A stretch of 64,000 bases of DNA from an uncultured bacterium (lineage in GTDB: Bacteria; Patescibacteriota; Minisyncoccia; SW-4-49-11). Location: contig CALMJI010000006.1 in NCBI GenBank assembly GCA_937864235.1, forward strand, positions 113-64,112. The letters are read 5' to 3'. Positions within the stretch are counted from its first letter, which is position 1; each line of letters opens with the position of its first letter. The notes under the pieces were generated by a model. That model saw only the letters and a list, made by a program, of their open reading frames with translations, made no database searches and was not told where the DNA came from. The translations under genes and the position numbers were made by a program. This document shows positions 35,674 to 46,105 of this stretch, piece by piece.

Positions 35674-36057
35674 TTATGTCTTCTCAACTTTTCGTCGTCC
35701 ACTACCCATAGTACGAACTACGTTACCACGAATAGTTCTAGAGTTAGTTTTGGTTCTACCTTTGATTGGTAGTTTTTTGGTATGCCTACTTCCTCGATAT
35801 GAATTAATATCTTTGAGTCGCTTGATATTATTAGCAACCTCTCTTCTCAGATCTCCCTCGATTTTATAATTTTTCTCAATACATTCTTTTAATAAAGCTA
35901 TTTCTTTTTCATCCAACTCTTTCGCTTTTTTATAAGGATCAATTCCTGTAATAGCTAATACTTTTTGAGAACGAGTAAGACCAACACCATAAATATAGGT
36001 CAAAGCTATTTCGACATTCTTATAATCTGGGATGACAACTCCTGCAATTCTTACCAT
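35674..36057 (-). CDS. rpsM: 30S ribosomal protein S13
   Basis: MVRIAGVVIP...ALTYIYGVG...SYRGSRH. Confidence 0.95.
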   Translation of the reverse strand: MVRIAGVVIPDYKNVEIALTYIYGVGLTRSQKVLAITGIDPYKKAKELDEKEIALLKECIEKNYKIEGDLRREVANNIKRLKDINSYRGSRHTKKLPIKGRTKTNSRTIRGNVVRTMGSGRRKVEKT

Positions 36058-36075
36058 AATTTAATAAATCTTATA

Positions 36076-36192
36076 TTATCCTTGTCTTTGCTTGTGGCGA
36101 GGATTGGCCTCACAAATAACACGAATTACTCGCCTTCGCTTAATAACCTTACACTTAATACATCTTTTCTTGACTGAAGCTTGAACTTTCAT
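36076..36192 (-). CDS. rpmJ: 50S ribosomal protein L36
   Basis: [38 protein letters not shown], 38 aa with the zinc-ribbon Cys pattern. It lies between infA and rpsM and is below the ORF-track cutoff. Confidence 0.85.
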   Translation of the reverse strand: MKVQASVKKRCIKCKVIKRRRVIRVICEANPRHKQRQG

Positions 36193-36200
36193 ATAGTATC

Positions 36201-36434
36201 TTAATTTCTCCTAGTAATTCTACCTTGTGTCAAGTTATAAGCACTTAACTCAACCGTCACCCTATCTCCTGGCAAAACTTTAATGTAATGCATTCGCATT
36301 TTACCAGAGAGATGTGCCAAAACCTCAGAATTGTTTTCTAATATAACACGAAAGGTTGTATTTGGCAAGACTTCACTAACGGTACCTTCTTGAATTAGGA
36401 GGTTTTTTGAGTTCAAATCTTGACTTTCGGGCAT
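36201..36434 (-). CDS. infA: Translation initiation factor IF-1
   Basis: S1-like OB fold ...[50 protein letters not shown].... Confidence 0.95.
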   Translation of the reverse strand: MPESQDLNSKNLLIQEGTVSEVLPNTTFRVILENNSEVLAHLSGKMRMHYIKVLPGDRVTVELSAYNLTQGRITRRN

Positions 36435-36789
36435 AAATTATACAACTCTATATAAATGATATACATTTAATTATATTATATTCTGATTATTTTGTCAAGT
36501 CTTTGGTTTAGAAACAAGTTTTTACTCAAAAATAAAATACCCTTCCTTCTCCTTCTTAACTCTGTTAGTGTAAAGGGGGGTAAGAGTATCTTATTTGTCT
36601 CTATTTCCGACAACCTCTTTATATATTTCGAGATTGCCAGAAAGTAGATATTCTTATCTAATCTTTGGCTAACGCCTTTTTATTTTTACCAAAGGTGCAA
36701 ATTTGTGAGTGTTGCTTTGTTTATATTTTACTTAAACGATTATTGGTGTGAGTTTATATTTATGATTGTAAAGATTAGAGCAAGAATTC

Positions 36790-36836
36790 AATCACAAGTA
36801 CTTTTATAACTATATTTAAATTTTATACTTGTGATT
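36790..36836. promoter_or_regulatory. 11-bp-stem inverted repeat (aatcacaagta ... tacttgtgatt, 25-nt AT loop) within the 476-bp non-coding region upstream of the infA-led ribosomal operon
   Basis: Perfect 11-bp inverted repeat. The surrounding ~470 bp has no ORF, which is unusually long for this compact genome. Confidence 0.35.
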
Positions 36837-36910
36837 GTATGATTACTCTAGCACCTTACTCTTATATTTTATCAGAGTAAACAAATGTATACTAGAGAAG
36901 TTATCCACAA

Positions 36911-38176
36911 TTACCTAATTTGATTTAAAACATATTTCATTGAGTCCTGAGAAGAAGCTATCAGAACATAATTTTCATAATTTGACACATCCACAGAATC
37001 AGACGGAGAAGTATAATTATAATAATAATTTTCAAACACTTTACCTGAATTATTAGTAATAATAGATTTTTTAATTTCTGGAGTGTTGACTATTCTGGAA
37101 GGCAAATTGATCGAAAATCCAGCTAAATCACGAGGAATAGAATTAGACCAATTATCTACAAAAACTTTTGCATCTTGCCCTTCTGCCAAACCTAATACTG
37201 CTACTAATTTATACACTCCCTGTTGATTATAGGCGTAAAATCTATGATCACTAATAGTTCCTACGGAAGGTATAGTAATACCAAATACATCAGCAGTATC
37301 TATCAAATTAACTGGCGTATTATCTTTGGTTAGATTTAACTGTATTAAAGTATCTTTTTTGTCTGTCAATACGGTTGCAATAGTTCTTCGAATTGGCTCT
37401 GAGTCCACAAAAGCTATATCTACTGCAGAATCTTGAGTTAATGGCGAGATAAACTCTTGACTTGGCTCCTCAGGTCCAGCGTCAATAGTGGTGTCTGTAG
37501 GGTTATTATCTGTATTAGTATCGGTATTATCTGCTACATCTGTAGTAGTATTGCTTGATATATTAAAATAAAAGTACAAACCTCCACCAATAAGACCCAA
37601 TAACATTACAACTATTAAAGCTGAAAATAATCCTTTACTTGATTTTTTTGTACTTGGAGCTGGAGCATCATCTTGCAAATTCAAACTATTGATATCAAAG
37701 GCTGGAGCTTGATTGCTAGGCTCTACTTTAGGTGGGAGTTCGGTAGTCTGATTACTAGTAGGAGTGTTAGTATTATCTAATGGTAAATCTATGCTATCAT
37801 CTAAAACAGAAAATCCTGATTTACTCTCGACAGGAGTTTGAGTGGTTGGTTTAAATTCGGTCTTATTAACGGGAGTATTACTGGTACTCATATTACTCCA
37901 GGAGTAGTTAGGTTGTGATTTTGAAACAACAGGCACTTCTGGGATATCTTTTTTTGTAGCTTCAGGCTTTATATCTGAATCAATATTAAGTGCTGAGACT
38001 GTAGAAGTTGAGACATTATTGGGTTGAGTATTAATAGGTTCTGGTCTTGCCTGCACAAAATTACCAGCTTGTTGCAATCTGTCTTGAGGATTAGATTTAG
38101 TCATTTCCAAGTCAGTCTTAAGTGTTCTTAGTTGTCCTGGAATTTGGTTTTGTGAGTTTTGATTTTGATCTGCCAT
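36911..38176 (-). CDS. Hypothetical membrane protein with a Q/N/T/P-rich N-terminal low-complexity region and one TM helix
   Basis: TM LFSALIVVMLLGLIGGGLYFYF followed by a ~200-aa C-terminal domain without recognised motifs. Confidence 0.45.
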   Translation of the reverse strand: MADQNQNSQNQIPGQLRTLKTDLEMTKSNPQDRLQQAGNFVQARPEPINTQPNNVSTSTVSALNIDSDIKPEATKKDIPEVPVVSKSQPNYSWSNMSTSNTPVNKTEFKPTTQTPVESKSGFSVLDDSIDLPLDNTNTPTSNQTTELPPKVEPSNQAPAFDINSLNLQDDAPAPSTKKSSKGLFSALIVVMLLGLIGGGLYFYFNISSNTTTDVADNTDTNTDNNPTDTTIDAGPEEPSQEFISPLTQDSAVDIAFVDSEPIRRTIATVLTDKKDTLIQLNLTKDNTPVNLIDTADVFGITIPSVGTISDHRFYAYNQQGVYKLVAVLGLAEGQDAKVFVDNWSNSIPRDLAGFSINLPSRIVNTPEIKKSIITNNSGKVFENYYYNYTSPSDSVDVSNYENYVLIASSQDSMKYVLNQIR

Positions 38177-38202
38177 ATTATTATAATTTATATCTTTAGT
38201 AA

Positions 38203-40263
38203 TTATTCAAGATAGGGTACTAAGCTTATCTTACCATCTATATCTACTTTTTTAATTTTAACCCTTATACTTTGATTTAATTGTATCACATCTTCGACAT
38301 TATTGATATGTTTGTCTGAAAGTTCAGAAATATGAATAAGACCATCTATATTTCCTTTTATATTTACAAAGGCTCCAAATGGCATAATTTTGACTACTTT
38401 TCCATCAAATATATCACCTTCTTTTGGTTCATAGACTAATTCTAAGATTTTATCTGTAGCTTGCTTTACTTTAACTAAATCTTCTCCTGTTACAAAAACT
38501 TGTCCATTATCTTCTATATCTATCTTGACACCTGTATCATCTATGATTGCATTAATTGTTTTACCTCCTGCTCCAATTACGTCTCTGATTTTATTAGGGT
38601 TAATCATAAATGCTTCAATTTTAGGAGCATGTTTAGAAACTTCTTTTCTAGGTTCATTGATAGTCTGTGTTAAAGTATCAAGAATAGCGAATCTAGCTAT
38701 TCTAGCGGCTTCTAAGGCTTCAGCAAACATCTCTGAGGACATACCTTTTCCTTTGATGTCCATTTGAATTGCATTCACTCCATTTCTAGTTCCTGCTACT
38801 TTGAAGTCCATTTCACCAAAATGATCTTCTAATCCCTGGATATCAGTTAAAATTTTATATTTACCATCTTGCTCTACAATACCCATAGCAATTCCTGCCA
38901 CTGGGGCTATAATAGGAACACCCGCTGCTAGCAAAGCTAATGTCGATGAACATACACTAGCCATAGAAGAAGAGCCATTAGAACCTAACACTTCAGTTAC
39001 TATTCTAATTGTATAAGGAAAATCTTCTATCGATGGGAGAACCCCTTCCAGAGCTTTTTCTGCTAGAGCTCCATGACCAATCTCTCTTCTCCCAGGTCCT
39101 CTCAATTGACCTACTTCTCCTACTGAAAATGGAGGAAAATTATAATGATGCATAAATCTTTTTTTGATTTCATCTTTCATTTCATCTATAATCTGAGCCT
39201 CTCCTGGCGAACCTAGAGTTAATATAGACAAAGTTTGAGTAGCACCTCTATTAAATAAGGCGGAACCATGTACTCGTGGTAAAATATCTATTTCCGCACT
39301 CAATTCACGAATTTGATTAAGAGATCTACCATCTGGCCTTAATTCTTGATTTAATATTCCCTCTTTAAACACTCGATTTAATTCTTGATCTAAGATATAT
39401 TCTACCAAATCTCTATGCTCAGGATAAGTTTGGTTTAGCTCTGATAATAATTGATAATGTGCTTGTTTAGTAGAAATAGAGTCTCCATATACCGCCGGTT
39501 CTAATCTACCATTGAGAATATTTTTGATTCCATCTATAATTTCTGAGTTTGATTCTGATTTAATAAAATCTCGCTTAGCAACTCCAACTTCAGAGACAAT
39601 AGTATTTTGGAATTGAATCATTTTATTAATCTCAGAGCTAACAGTATTAAAGGCTTCTAGTACACCAGTCTCTGGAATTTGCTTACCTCCAAACTCCATC
39701 ATTACCAGCCGATTTTCGGAATTAAGAGTAATAATAGTATCAAAATCCCCAACTTCTCTTTGTTCAAAAGATGGGTTTATAATTATCTGACCATTAACAG
39801 AGGCTACCCTAAGTGCTGATACTGGACCATTCCAAGGAATATCCGATATAGACAAAGCTAAAGAAGCTCCAAATAAAGCTATTGCATCAGGATCATTACT
39901 ATCATCCATCGATAGAGTAGTAACTACTACTTGAATTTCATTACGAAGAGAGTGATCAAAAAATGGTCTTATAGCTCTATCTACCAGCCTACCTGTTAGA
40001 ATAGCTTCATCACTTGGCCTACCCTCTCTTTTTACAAAACGACTACCTTTAATTTTATTATTAGCATAAAATTTTTCTTGATAGTCTACAAATAGCGGTA
40101 GATAATTGGAGCTAACTGGTTTATCCGACATTACAGCCGTAACCAAAACTGTGGTCTCCCCTAGAGATACCATAACTGACCCATTAGCCTGCTTAGCTAA
40201 TTTACCAATCTCTACTTTTAGATTTTGTCCGGCTATTTGTGTTTGATATGTTTTGAAGTTCAT
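38203..40263 (-). CDS. pnp: Polynucleotide phosphorylase
   Basis: Two RNase PH-like domains plus KH (…GAGGKTI…) and a C-terminal S1 domain; 686 aa. Confidence 0.95.
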   Translation of the reverse strand: MNFKTYQTQIAGQNLKVEIGKLAKQANGSVMVSLGETTVLVTAVMSDKPVSSNYLPLFVDYQEKFYANNKIKGSRFVKREGRPSDEAILTGRLVDRAIRPFFDHSLRNEIQVVVTTLSMDDSNDPDAIALFGASLALSISDIPWNGPVSALRVASVNGQIIINPSFEQREVGDFDTIITLNSENRLVMMEFGGKQIPETGVLEAFNTVSSEINKMIQFQNTIVSEVGVAKRDFIKSESNSEIIDGIKNILNGRLEPAVYGDSISTKQAHYQLLSELNQTYPEHRDLVEYILDQELNRVFKEGILNQELRPDGRSLNQIRELSAEIDILPRVHGSALFNRGATQTLSILTLGSPGEAQIIDEMKDEIKKRFMHHYNFPPFSVGEVGQLRGPGRREIGHGALAEKALEGVLPSIEDFPYTIRIVTEVLGSNGSSSMASVCSSTLALLAAGVPIIAPVAGIAMGIVEQDGKYKILTDIQGLEDHFGEMDFKVAGTRNGVNAIQMDIKGKGMSSEMFAEALEAARIARFAILDTLTQTINEPRKEVSKHAPKIEAFMINPNKIRDVIGAGGKTINAIIDDTGVKIDIEDNGQVFVTGEDLVKVKQATDKILELVYEPKEGDIFDGKVVKIMPFGAFVNIKGNIDGLIHISELSDKHINNVEDVIQLNQSIRVKIKKVDIDGKISLVPYLE

Positions 40264-40278
40264 ATAAATAGGGTGAGT

Positions 40279-40545
40279 CTAGGCTCTAATCCCAAGTTCT
40301 TTTACAGTTTTCTCAAATAAATTTAAGTCTGTTTTTTTGAGATAAGCTAAAAGTTTTTTTCTTTGGGAAACTAATTGAATCAAACCTTTACGAGAGTGGA
40401 AGTCTTTGCGATTCTGTTTTAAGTGTTCGGTTAAATATGTAATTCTCTCAGTAATCAAAGCAATTTGTACTGGAGCGGAACCATTGTCTCCTTCGTGGGT
40501 TTGAAATTTACTTATAATTTGCTCTTTGGAGTCTGAATTTAACAT
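40279..40545 (-). CDS. rpsO: 30S ribosomal protein S15
   Basis: 88 aa, ...LTEHLKQNRKDFHSRKGLIQLVSQRKKLLAYL..., the classic rpsO-pnp pair. Confidence 0.95.
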   Translation of the reverse strand: MLNSDSKEQIISKFQTHEGDNGSAPVQIALITERITYLTEHLKQNRKDFHSRKGLIQLVSQRKKLLAYLKKTDLNLFEKTVKELGIRA

Positions 40546-40659
40546 AAATTAAAAATATATTACCTTAGTAGTTGTAATAACTATATCATAGCTTGGATTA
40601 TATTGCAAGAGGTTGAGGTGATTATGAATTTGTAGGGTTGACCTTATGTCTCTTGTATT

Positions 40660-40770
40660 CTGTCCTCCTTAGGAGGAGCTTTAAGTCCCTCCTATATTTA
40701 TTTAGGAGGGGGTGGCAGTCAGGCCGGAGGTGGATAGAGTTTTAGTTTTTATTCTATCTACCTTCCCAAA
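40660..40770. repeat. GC-rich mosaic hairpin repeat element, copy 6. Modules: ctgtcctccttaggaggagctttaagtccctcc, ggagggggtggcagtcaggccggaggtggatagag.
   Basis: Shares the gctttaagtccctcc module with 8998 and 61928, and ggaggtggata with 52065 and 62050. Confidence 0.7.
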
Positions 40771-40821
40771 AAAACCAAAAAGCCCTCCATCTAAGGAGAG
40801 CTTTTGGTAGTGGCTAAAAGA

Positions 40822-41394
40822 TTATTTAGACCACTTAGATTTACTAGCATTCCAAGCTCCAATACCTCCACGAGAGATTTTGAAAGCCATCGCCTCAACA
40901 TTAGTTTTGGCATCAAACGGAGTTACCCACTCTCTACCCATTTGTCTCAATGTTCCAGCCCAAGTACCTCGAATAAATTGTCCACAACCAGAAGCGGTAG
41001 AGTTTTTATTCTTAGCTAGAGCATTACCTCCAGACTCGGCCTTGATAATTCTAGTCATCAAATCAGCATCAACACCGTATTTAGCAGCCATCTCAGGCAC
41101 ATAATCAAAACATGAACCTTGTGCTGGGATATTGCTTAACTCGGCTTCTACTGAAGCATAAAAGGACTGTTTGGTCTGTGGTGTCACTTGTTTTGCCTGA
41201 ACTTGCTTAGGTTTTGCTAACTCAGGTTTAGGGGTAATGATAGTTTCAACTGGATTAACTCCATTGATAACTGAAGTGGTAGCCTCAACATCAAATGAAC
41301 TAGCAACCACCGGCTCGACATTGGCAGGAATAACTCCTGTAATACCAATAATCATAGCCATCATAATATATAATATATCCATTAAATAGGACAA
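40822..41394 (-). CDS. Secreted/membrane-anchored transglycosylase-like (Rpf/SLT-like lysozyme-fold) domain protein
   Basis: N-terminal TM/signal segment. The C-terminal IIKAESGGNALAKNKNSTASGCGQFIRGTWAG is the transglycosylase-like signature. Confidence 0.6.
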   Translation of the reverse strand: MSYLMDILYIMMAMIIGITGVIPANVEPVVASSFDVEATTSVINGVNPVETIITPKPELAKPKQVQAKQVTPQTKQSFYASVEAELSNIPAQGSCFDYVPEMAAKYGVDADLMTRIIKAESGGNALAKNKNSTASGCGQFIRGTWAGTLRQMGREWVTPFDAKTNVEAMAFKISRGGIGAWNASKSKWSK

Positions 41395-41487
41395 ATAATA
41401 ACTTCTCTCAAACTTCAGTCAGAAACAGCGTAGACTAAGATAAAAATAGTCTTATATTCAAGAGACGGACAAAAGTATATCATAAAA

Positions 41488-41515
41488 TTGACAAAATGTC
41501 AATATATAGTACAAT
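41488..41515 (+). promoter_or_regulatory. Promoter for tRNA-Leu (-35 TTGACA, 16-nt spacer, -10 TACAAT). The -35 is embedded in the palindrome ttgacaaaatgtcaa.
   Basis: Near-consensus sigma70 hexamers. The tRNA 5' end lies 12 nt downstream of the -10. Confidence 0.5.
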
Positions 41516-41526
41516 ATATCTCATAA

Positions 41527-41608
41527 GCCGAGGTGGTGGAATTGGTAGACACGCATGCCTTAGGAGCATGTATCTTATGATGTGGAGGTTCGAGTCCTCT
41601 CCTCGGCA
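41527..41608 (+). tRNA. tRNA-Leu (anticodon TAG), type II with a long variable arm
   Basis: Acceptor GCCGAGG pairs with CCTCGGC; the anticodon stem CATGC pairs with GCATG around loop CTTAGGA; the T arm is GGAGG-TTCGAGT-CCTCT. Confidence 0.85.
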
Positions 41609-41622
41609 CTAAGGAGAAAGAA

Positions 41623-41652
41623 GGAAGTTTTATAACTTCTTTTTTGTTTTTT
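41623..41652 (+). terminator. Intrinsic terminator after tRNA-Leu (gaagtt-ttat-aacttc followed by TTTTTTGTTTTTT)
   Basis: Stem plus long T-run. A second hairpin at 41655-41683 (ccccag-tcgag-ctgggg, A-run 5') would terminate the convergent minus-strand gene. Confidence 0.55.
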
Positions 41653-41732
41653 AGGAAAGAAAAAACCCCAGTCGAGCTGGGGTTTGCTAAGAATATACTT
41701 GTTTGTGGAGTTTATTTAATATTTTACATCTA

Positions 41733-42896
41733 CTATCTCTTGGCGAACAGATAGCCAAAGTCTAAGACATCACCCAAATTTAACCTTTCTTCTTCTAGTT
41801 CCAGAAGTCTTCGCTCAACACATAGTGCTATTATTCTGGATATATCTGATTTATAGTCATATTCTGTATCTGGAAGACCAAGATCACATCCAGCCTTGAT
41901 AAGTATCCTGTTATAGCTTCTGTGATTCTGACCTTTTCCACTATTAGCAAAGATTATTGCATTTGGATATATTTTACTCAAAGTGGGAATTAAAACTTGA
42001 GTATTACAATAATCTCCATCTACAAACATACTTCCATCTAACAAAACTATTCCCACTGATTCTCTGAATTTTATATCTTTATTTGTAACTTCAACTTTGT
42101 CACCCCTGGAATTATATCCAGATCCTAGGAATATTCGTCCTTTATTTATAGCTTGTACTTTATCATTCCCATTAATACTTTGTAAGGAACTAACATATCT
42201 ATAATTTAGTTGCCAGACTTGTAAATATTTTGCCATACCTGCTTTTACTGCAGACTTTTCCACTTTCTCAACCTCATCATAATCATCAACCACAACTACT
42301 GTTCCTCTGTAAAATTTTCTAATCATTTGACTTTTTGGAGGCATTTCAAATGGATAATCATAAGTATTACTAAGTTTACTGGTATGAATTCTTATTTCTT
42401 CTAAATCTCGCTTCCAATAGATTATAATTTCCTCTCCTTCCATAGTAATTTTATCAATTTTAGAACCTCTCATCTTGGCATTTCTATCATATAAATTTAT
42501 TCTACCTAGATATTTAAACCCTGCACGAGTAGCAATAATTATATTTTCCCATGCTTGAGATTCAGCTCCATAATTTCCAGTTCTGCTTTGATAACTATAA
42601 TTATCAGTTGACTCAATGAAAGCACATAAACAAATCCCTGTATTCTCATATACAAGAGAATATGAGGGTATAAAGTCAGGATTACAGTTTTCATCTCTTT
42701 TTTTGAGAGTCTTAATTAAAGCCGTCTCTAGCTCCAACAGTAAAATCTCTGGGGATTTTTGTTTTGGAGTGGTTGTAGTGGTTGGAGTGGTTGGGAAAAA
42801 CTTTCTGAGGGCTCTTTTGAATAGAATCAAGGACTTCAAGAAGAGAAAAATAGCTAAGAGAAGTATGAGTTCGAACAGACTGAAGAGTAGATTCAC
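41733..42896 (-). CDS. Hypothetical membrane-anchored protein (N-terminal TM, Thr/Pro linker, ~320-aa extracytoplasmic domain)
   Basis: N-terminal LLFSLFELILLLAIFLFL followed by the TTPTTTTTPKQ linker. No catalytic motif was recognised. Confidence 0.45.
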   Translation of the reverse strand: MNLLFSLFELILLLAIFLFLKSLILFKRALRKFFPTTPTTTTTPKQKSPEILLLELETALIKTLKKRDENCNPDFIPSYSLVYENTGICLCAFIESTDNYSYQSRTGNYGAESQAWENIIIATRAGFKYLGRINLYDRNAKMRGSKIDKITMEGEEIIIYWKRDLEEIRIHTSKLSNTYDYPFEMPPKSQMIRKFYRGTVVVVDDYDEVEKVEKSAVKAGMAKYLQVWQLNYRYVSSLQSINGNDKVQAINKGRIFLGSGYNSRGDKVEVTNKDIKFRESVGIVLLDGSMFVDGDYCNTQVLIPTLSKIYPNAIIFANSGKGQNHRSYNRILIKAGCDLGLPDTEYDYKSDISRIIALCVERRLLELEEERLNLGDVLDFGYLFAKR

Positions 42897-42995
42897 TTTT
42901 AAATGAGCGAGTGGACAGTAGCTTTATAGCATATATATATATTAGTCAAATTATTGTATAAAATTATGAAGGGATAAATATAGGAGGATATAAAA

Positions 42996-43125
42996 CACAC
43001 TCCACCCCGTCAGTCAAGCCTACCACCCCCTCTCAAACTAAAGTATGAGAGGGACTTAAAGCCCTCAATTTATCTCCCGTAGGGAGAGAGGTGAATTTTA
43101 AACCACTACCGCTCCTTGCTTTTTT
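42996..43125. repeat. GC-rich mosaic hairpin repeat element, copy 7 (inverted orientation of the gacggggtggag, tacttcagtttgggagg and gggctttaagtccc modules)
   Basis: cactccaccccgtc, cctctcaaactaaagtatgagagg and gggacttaaagccctc are reverse complements of modules in copies 1 and 11. Confidence 0.7.
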
Positions 43126-43172
43126 AGATAAAATTCTTTATAATAAGTTTAATATCTTATACAATAATTAAT

Positions 43173-43901
43173 ATGGCTACAAAAAAACTAATTCAGGTAG
43201 ATAGTGTTTCCAAATATTTCAACTTACAGAGTAAGAATAATAGTCGCTCTGGTGGGCAGATGGATGGGTTTCAATCTTTTAAAACTACTACTAATCCTGT
43301 GCTAAAAGATATTACTTTGGATATTGAACAAGGGGAATGGATTGGAGTTGTTGGTAAAAATGGTAGTGGTAAAAGTACTTTTTTGAAGCTTTTAGCGGGA
43401 ATTCATGCCCCAGATCAAGGAGAAGTTAGGGTTGAAGGATCTGTATTACCTTTTTTTGGACCTGATGAAATGCTACATCCGGAGGGAAGAGCTGAGGATG
43501 CAGTTTTAGTTAAAGCTTTGCAAGTTGGTTTGCCTCGCGAAGATATTAATAAAATTTATAATAATATTATCAATTTCTCAGAATTACATGATTTTACCTC
43601 TCAGAAAATAAAATTCCTCTCTACAGGGATGAAAACTAGACTTATCTTGGGGTTAATTCTCAATATCAATGCTGATATTTACCTTTTTGATGAAATCCCT
43701 GCTACTACTGATGCTAATTTCCAAGCCAAAGTCAATAATCGCCTCCAGAGATTAAAACAAATGGGCAAAACTGCTATTATTGTCAGCCATAATATGGATG
43801 AAATTCAGCAACATTGTAATAAATGTATTCTGCTACACAAAGGTGAATTGGTAGCTTATGATAATACTGATACTATTTTGAGATTGTATAATCAAATGTA
43901 A
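43173..43901 (+). CDS. ABC transporter ATP-binding protein (polysaccharide/teichoic-acid exporter TagH/Wzt-like)
   Basis: Walker A GKNGSGKST, signature LSTGMKTR, Walker B IYLFDE. No adjacent permease gene. Confidence 0.75.
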   Translation: MATKKLIQVDSVSKYFNLQSKNNSRSGGQMDGFQSFKTTTNPVLKDITLDIEQGEWIGVVGKNGSGKSTFLKLLAGIHAPDQGEVRVEGSVLPFFGPDEMLHPEGRAEDAVLVKALQVGLPREDINKIYNNIINFSELHDFTSQKIKFLSTGMKTRLILGLILNINADIYLFDEIPATTDANFQAKVNNRLQRLKQMGKTAIIVSHNMDEIQQHCNKCILLHKGELVAYDNTDTILRLYNQM

Positions 43902-43919
43902 TTGAGAGTTGTTTTAGCT

Positions 43920-44372
43920 CTAATCTTGTAATAATTTGTCAATTTCGTGACGAAATCCTTTGATGGTACGAAAGTCCCGATAAATAGAAGCAAACCTAAT
44001 ATAGGCTACTTCATCAAACATTTTCAAATGCTTCAAAACCGTGTCTCCAATTTGTTTGGTGGAGATTTCTTTAGGGTCTTTTTTGAATAAATCTACTTCA
44101 ATTTTGAGTATAAAGTCTCGGATTTTATCTTGGGTAAATGGTCTTTTGTGTAGGGAGATTGAGACTGCTTTCAAAAGTTTTTCGGTACTATATCTCTCTT
44201 TAATTCCTGATTTTTTGACCACCATTACATCTAAAACTTCTCTGGTTTCAGCTGTAGTAAAGCGATAATGGCATTTTTCACAAATTCTCCTTCGTCTCAC
44301 AAGCATATAATCCCGAGACAATCTAGAATCGGTAATACGGGTGTCTATATGTGAGCATTGTGGGCATTTCAT
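43920..44372 (-). CDS. nrdR: Transcriptional repressor NrdR
   Basis: N-terminal zinc ribbon MKCPQCSHIDTRITDSR...CEKCHYRFTTAE plus an ATP-cone domain; 150 aa. Confidence 0.9.
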   Translation of the reverse strand: MKCPQCSHIDTRITDSRLSRDYMLVRRRRICEKCHYRFTTAETREVLDVMVVKKSGIKERYSTEKLLKAVSISLHKRPFTQDKIRDFILKIEVDLFKKDPKEISTKQIGDTVLKHLKMFDEVAYIRFASIYRDFRTIKGFRHEIDKLLQD

Positions 44373-44890
44373 TTGGATTTGGAGCTAGATTTTTTGGCTG
44401 GAGATTTTAATAATGGAATAAATAGTAGCGGGGATATTGTCCAAAAAACTTGAAAAGATTCATTACTAAATAGTGACTGCTCAATTATGTTTAAAATTGA
44501 TTTGTCTTGAGTTTTGATTACGCTTAAGATATTGACAAGTAGTAGACCGACTACTGAGACCCCAAATAGCATATTTCGCCATAGTGGTTTTTTAGCAATT
44601 GTAAGACTAGTAGCCAAAGCTGAAGATTGTATCCCCCAATTGATGATTAAAGTAATCACTAAGAATAATACTGCATCTCCTGGAAGATTTCCAATTTTAG
44701 TAATTTCCCAAGGATATACTGTTGAGACCACTTGAGCTATATATAAGGCAATTGCAAATATAAAAATATCCTTAACTCCTTTTTTATAGATATAAAAAGA
44801 TAATCCTAAAATCAATATTATACTGATCAATAGGTCTCCAGAGATGGAGGTTGGAGTGACTTTACCAAATAGAGGTTCTAATGCATCCAT
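44369..44890 (-). CDS. Hypothetical integral membrane protein (4-5 TM)
   Basis: Hydrophobic helices throughout. It overlaps the nrdR start by 4 nt (co-transcribed). Confidence 0.45.
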   Translation of the reverse strand: MDALEPLFGKVTPTSISGDLLISIILILGLSFYIYKKGVKDIFIFAIALYIAQVVSTVYPWEITKIGNLPGDAVLFLVITLIINWGIQSSALATSLTIAKKPLWRNMLFGVSVVGLLLVNILSVIKTQDKSILNIIEQSLFSNESFQVFWTISPLLFIPLLKSPAKKSSSKSK

Positions 44891-44921
44891 ATTTTTATAT
44901 TTAAGTTATATTTTTATTATA

Positions 44922-46025
44922 TCACATTCCTTCAGATTGCAAATCTTTTAATAATTGTTGGGCTCGGCGAGAAATATGTCTTGGGGTTGTAATTCTGATT
45001 GTCACATACATATCTCCATATCCTCGACTTTGTAAATGTGGCATTCCCTTTTCTCGAAGCCTGAAAACTTCTCCCGATTGGGTGTGTCTTGGAATTTTTA
45101 AATTCAATTCTCCAGCTAAAGTCTCTACATCTACATCTCCACCTAATACAGCTGTGGTATAAACTATATCTTGGGTAAGATATATATCATCACCTCGTCT
45201 CTCGAACTTTTTATTAGGTTTGACAGAGATATGAATGTAAATATTTCCCTTAGCACCACCATAAGGAGCTGCCTCGCCCTCGCCTCGCATCTCTAAGGTC
45301 TGACCATTGGCAATACCTTTTGGAATCTCGATTTTGATAGATTTCTTTTGTCTCTTGACACCGGTACCTTGACAGCTTTTACAATTAGATTCTGGAATTG
45401 TACCCTTACCCTGACAAGTACTACAAGTGACTCGTTGATTAAAAGTTCCTAGCATAGTCCGTACCTGTTGCTCTACATAACCGTTCCCTCTACAAGTCGG
45501 GCATTGTTTAGTCTTTTTACCTTCAGCTCCAGTCCCATCACAAGCCTCACAAGTGGTATTAAGATCCAAATCTATAGACTTAGAAATTCCAGTATAGGCC
45601 TCTTCTAGGCTAATATCTACGGCAAGTTCAATGTCTCTTCCCCGAGTCTGTCTCCTAGAACCACCTCTGCTACCTCCAGCTCCGAATACATCTGAGAAAA
45701 CATCCTCAAATCCACCTCCACCAAAAGAAAACCCAGTCTGCCCAAAAATATCATCAAAAGAAAATCCTTGAGCTCCACCGAAGCCAGAGAATCCACCCGC
45801 TCCTCCTGTTGCTTGCTGATAATTAGAGCCAAATTGATTATATTGTTGGCGCTTTTGTGGGTCACTAAGAGTCTGATAAGCCTCATTAACCTCTTTGAAC
45901 TTAGCCTCATCGCCACCTTTTTTATCTGGGTGATAAGTATGAGCTAATTTACGATAAGCTTTCTTTATCTCTGCTTCACTGGCATCTTTGGATACCCCTA
46001 GTATTTCATAATAATCTCTTGCCAT
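44922..46025 (-). CDS. dnaJ: Chaperone DnaJ
   Basis: J domain with HPD (YHPDK), a G/F-rich linker, and four CxxCxGxG zinc-finger repeats ([32 protein letters not shown]). Confidence 0.95.
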   Translation of the reverse strand: MARDYYEILGVSKDASEAEIKKAYRKLAHTYHPDKKGGDEAKFKEVNEAYQTLSDPQKRQQYNQFGSNYQQATGGAGGFSGFGGAQGFSFDDIFGQTGFSFGGGGFEDVFSDVFGAGGSRGGSRRQTRGRDIELAVDISLEEAYTGISKSIDLDLNTTCEACDGTGAEGKKTKQCPTCRGNGYVEQQVRTMLGTFNQRVTCSTCQGKGTIPESNCKSCQGTGVKRQKKSIKIEIPKGIANGQTLEMRGEGEAAPYGGAKGNIYIHISVKPNKKFERRGDDIYLTQDIVYTTAVLGGDVDVETLAGELNLKIPRHTQSGEVFRLREKGMPHLQSRGYGDMYVTIRITTPRHISRRAQQLLKDLQSEGM

Positions 46026-46105
46026 TGCACTTAATATTTAATCATTTTATACAAAATATTATACAATATTAGCACTAATCTGTACAGAGTGCTATTTTCT
46101 ATAAC

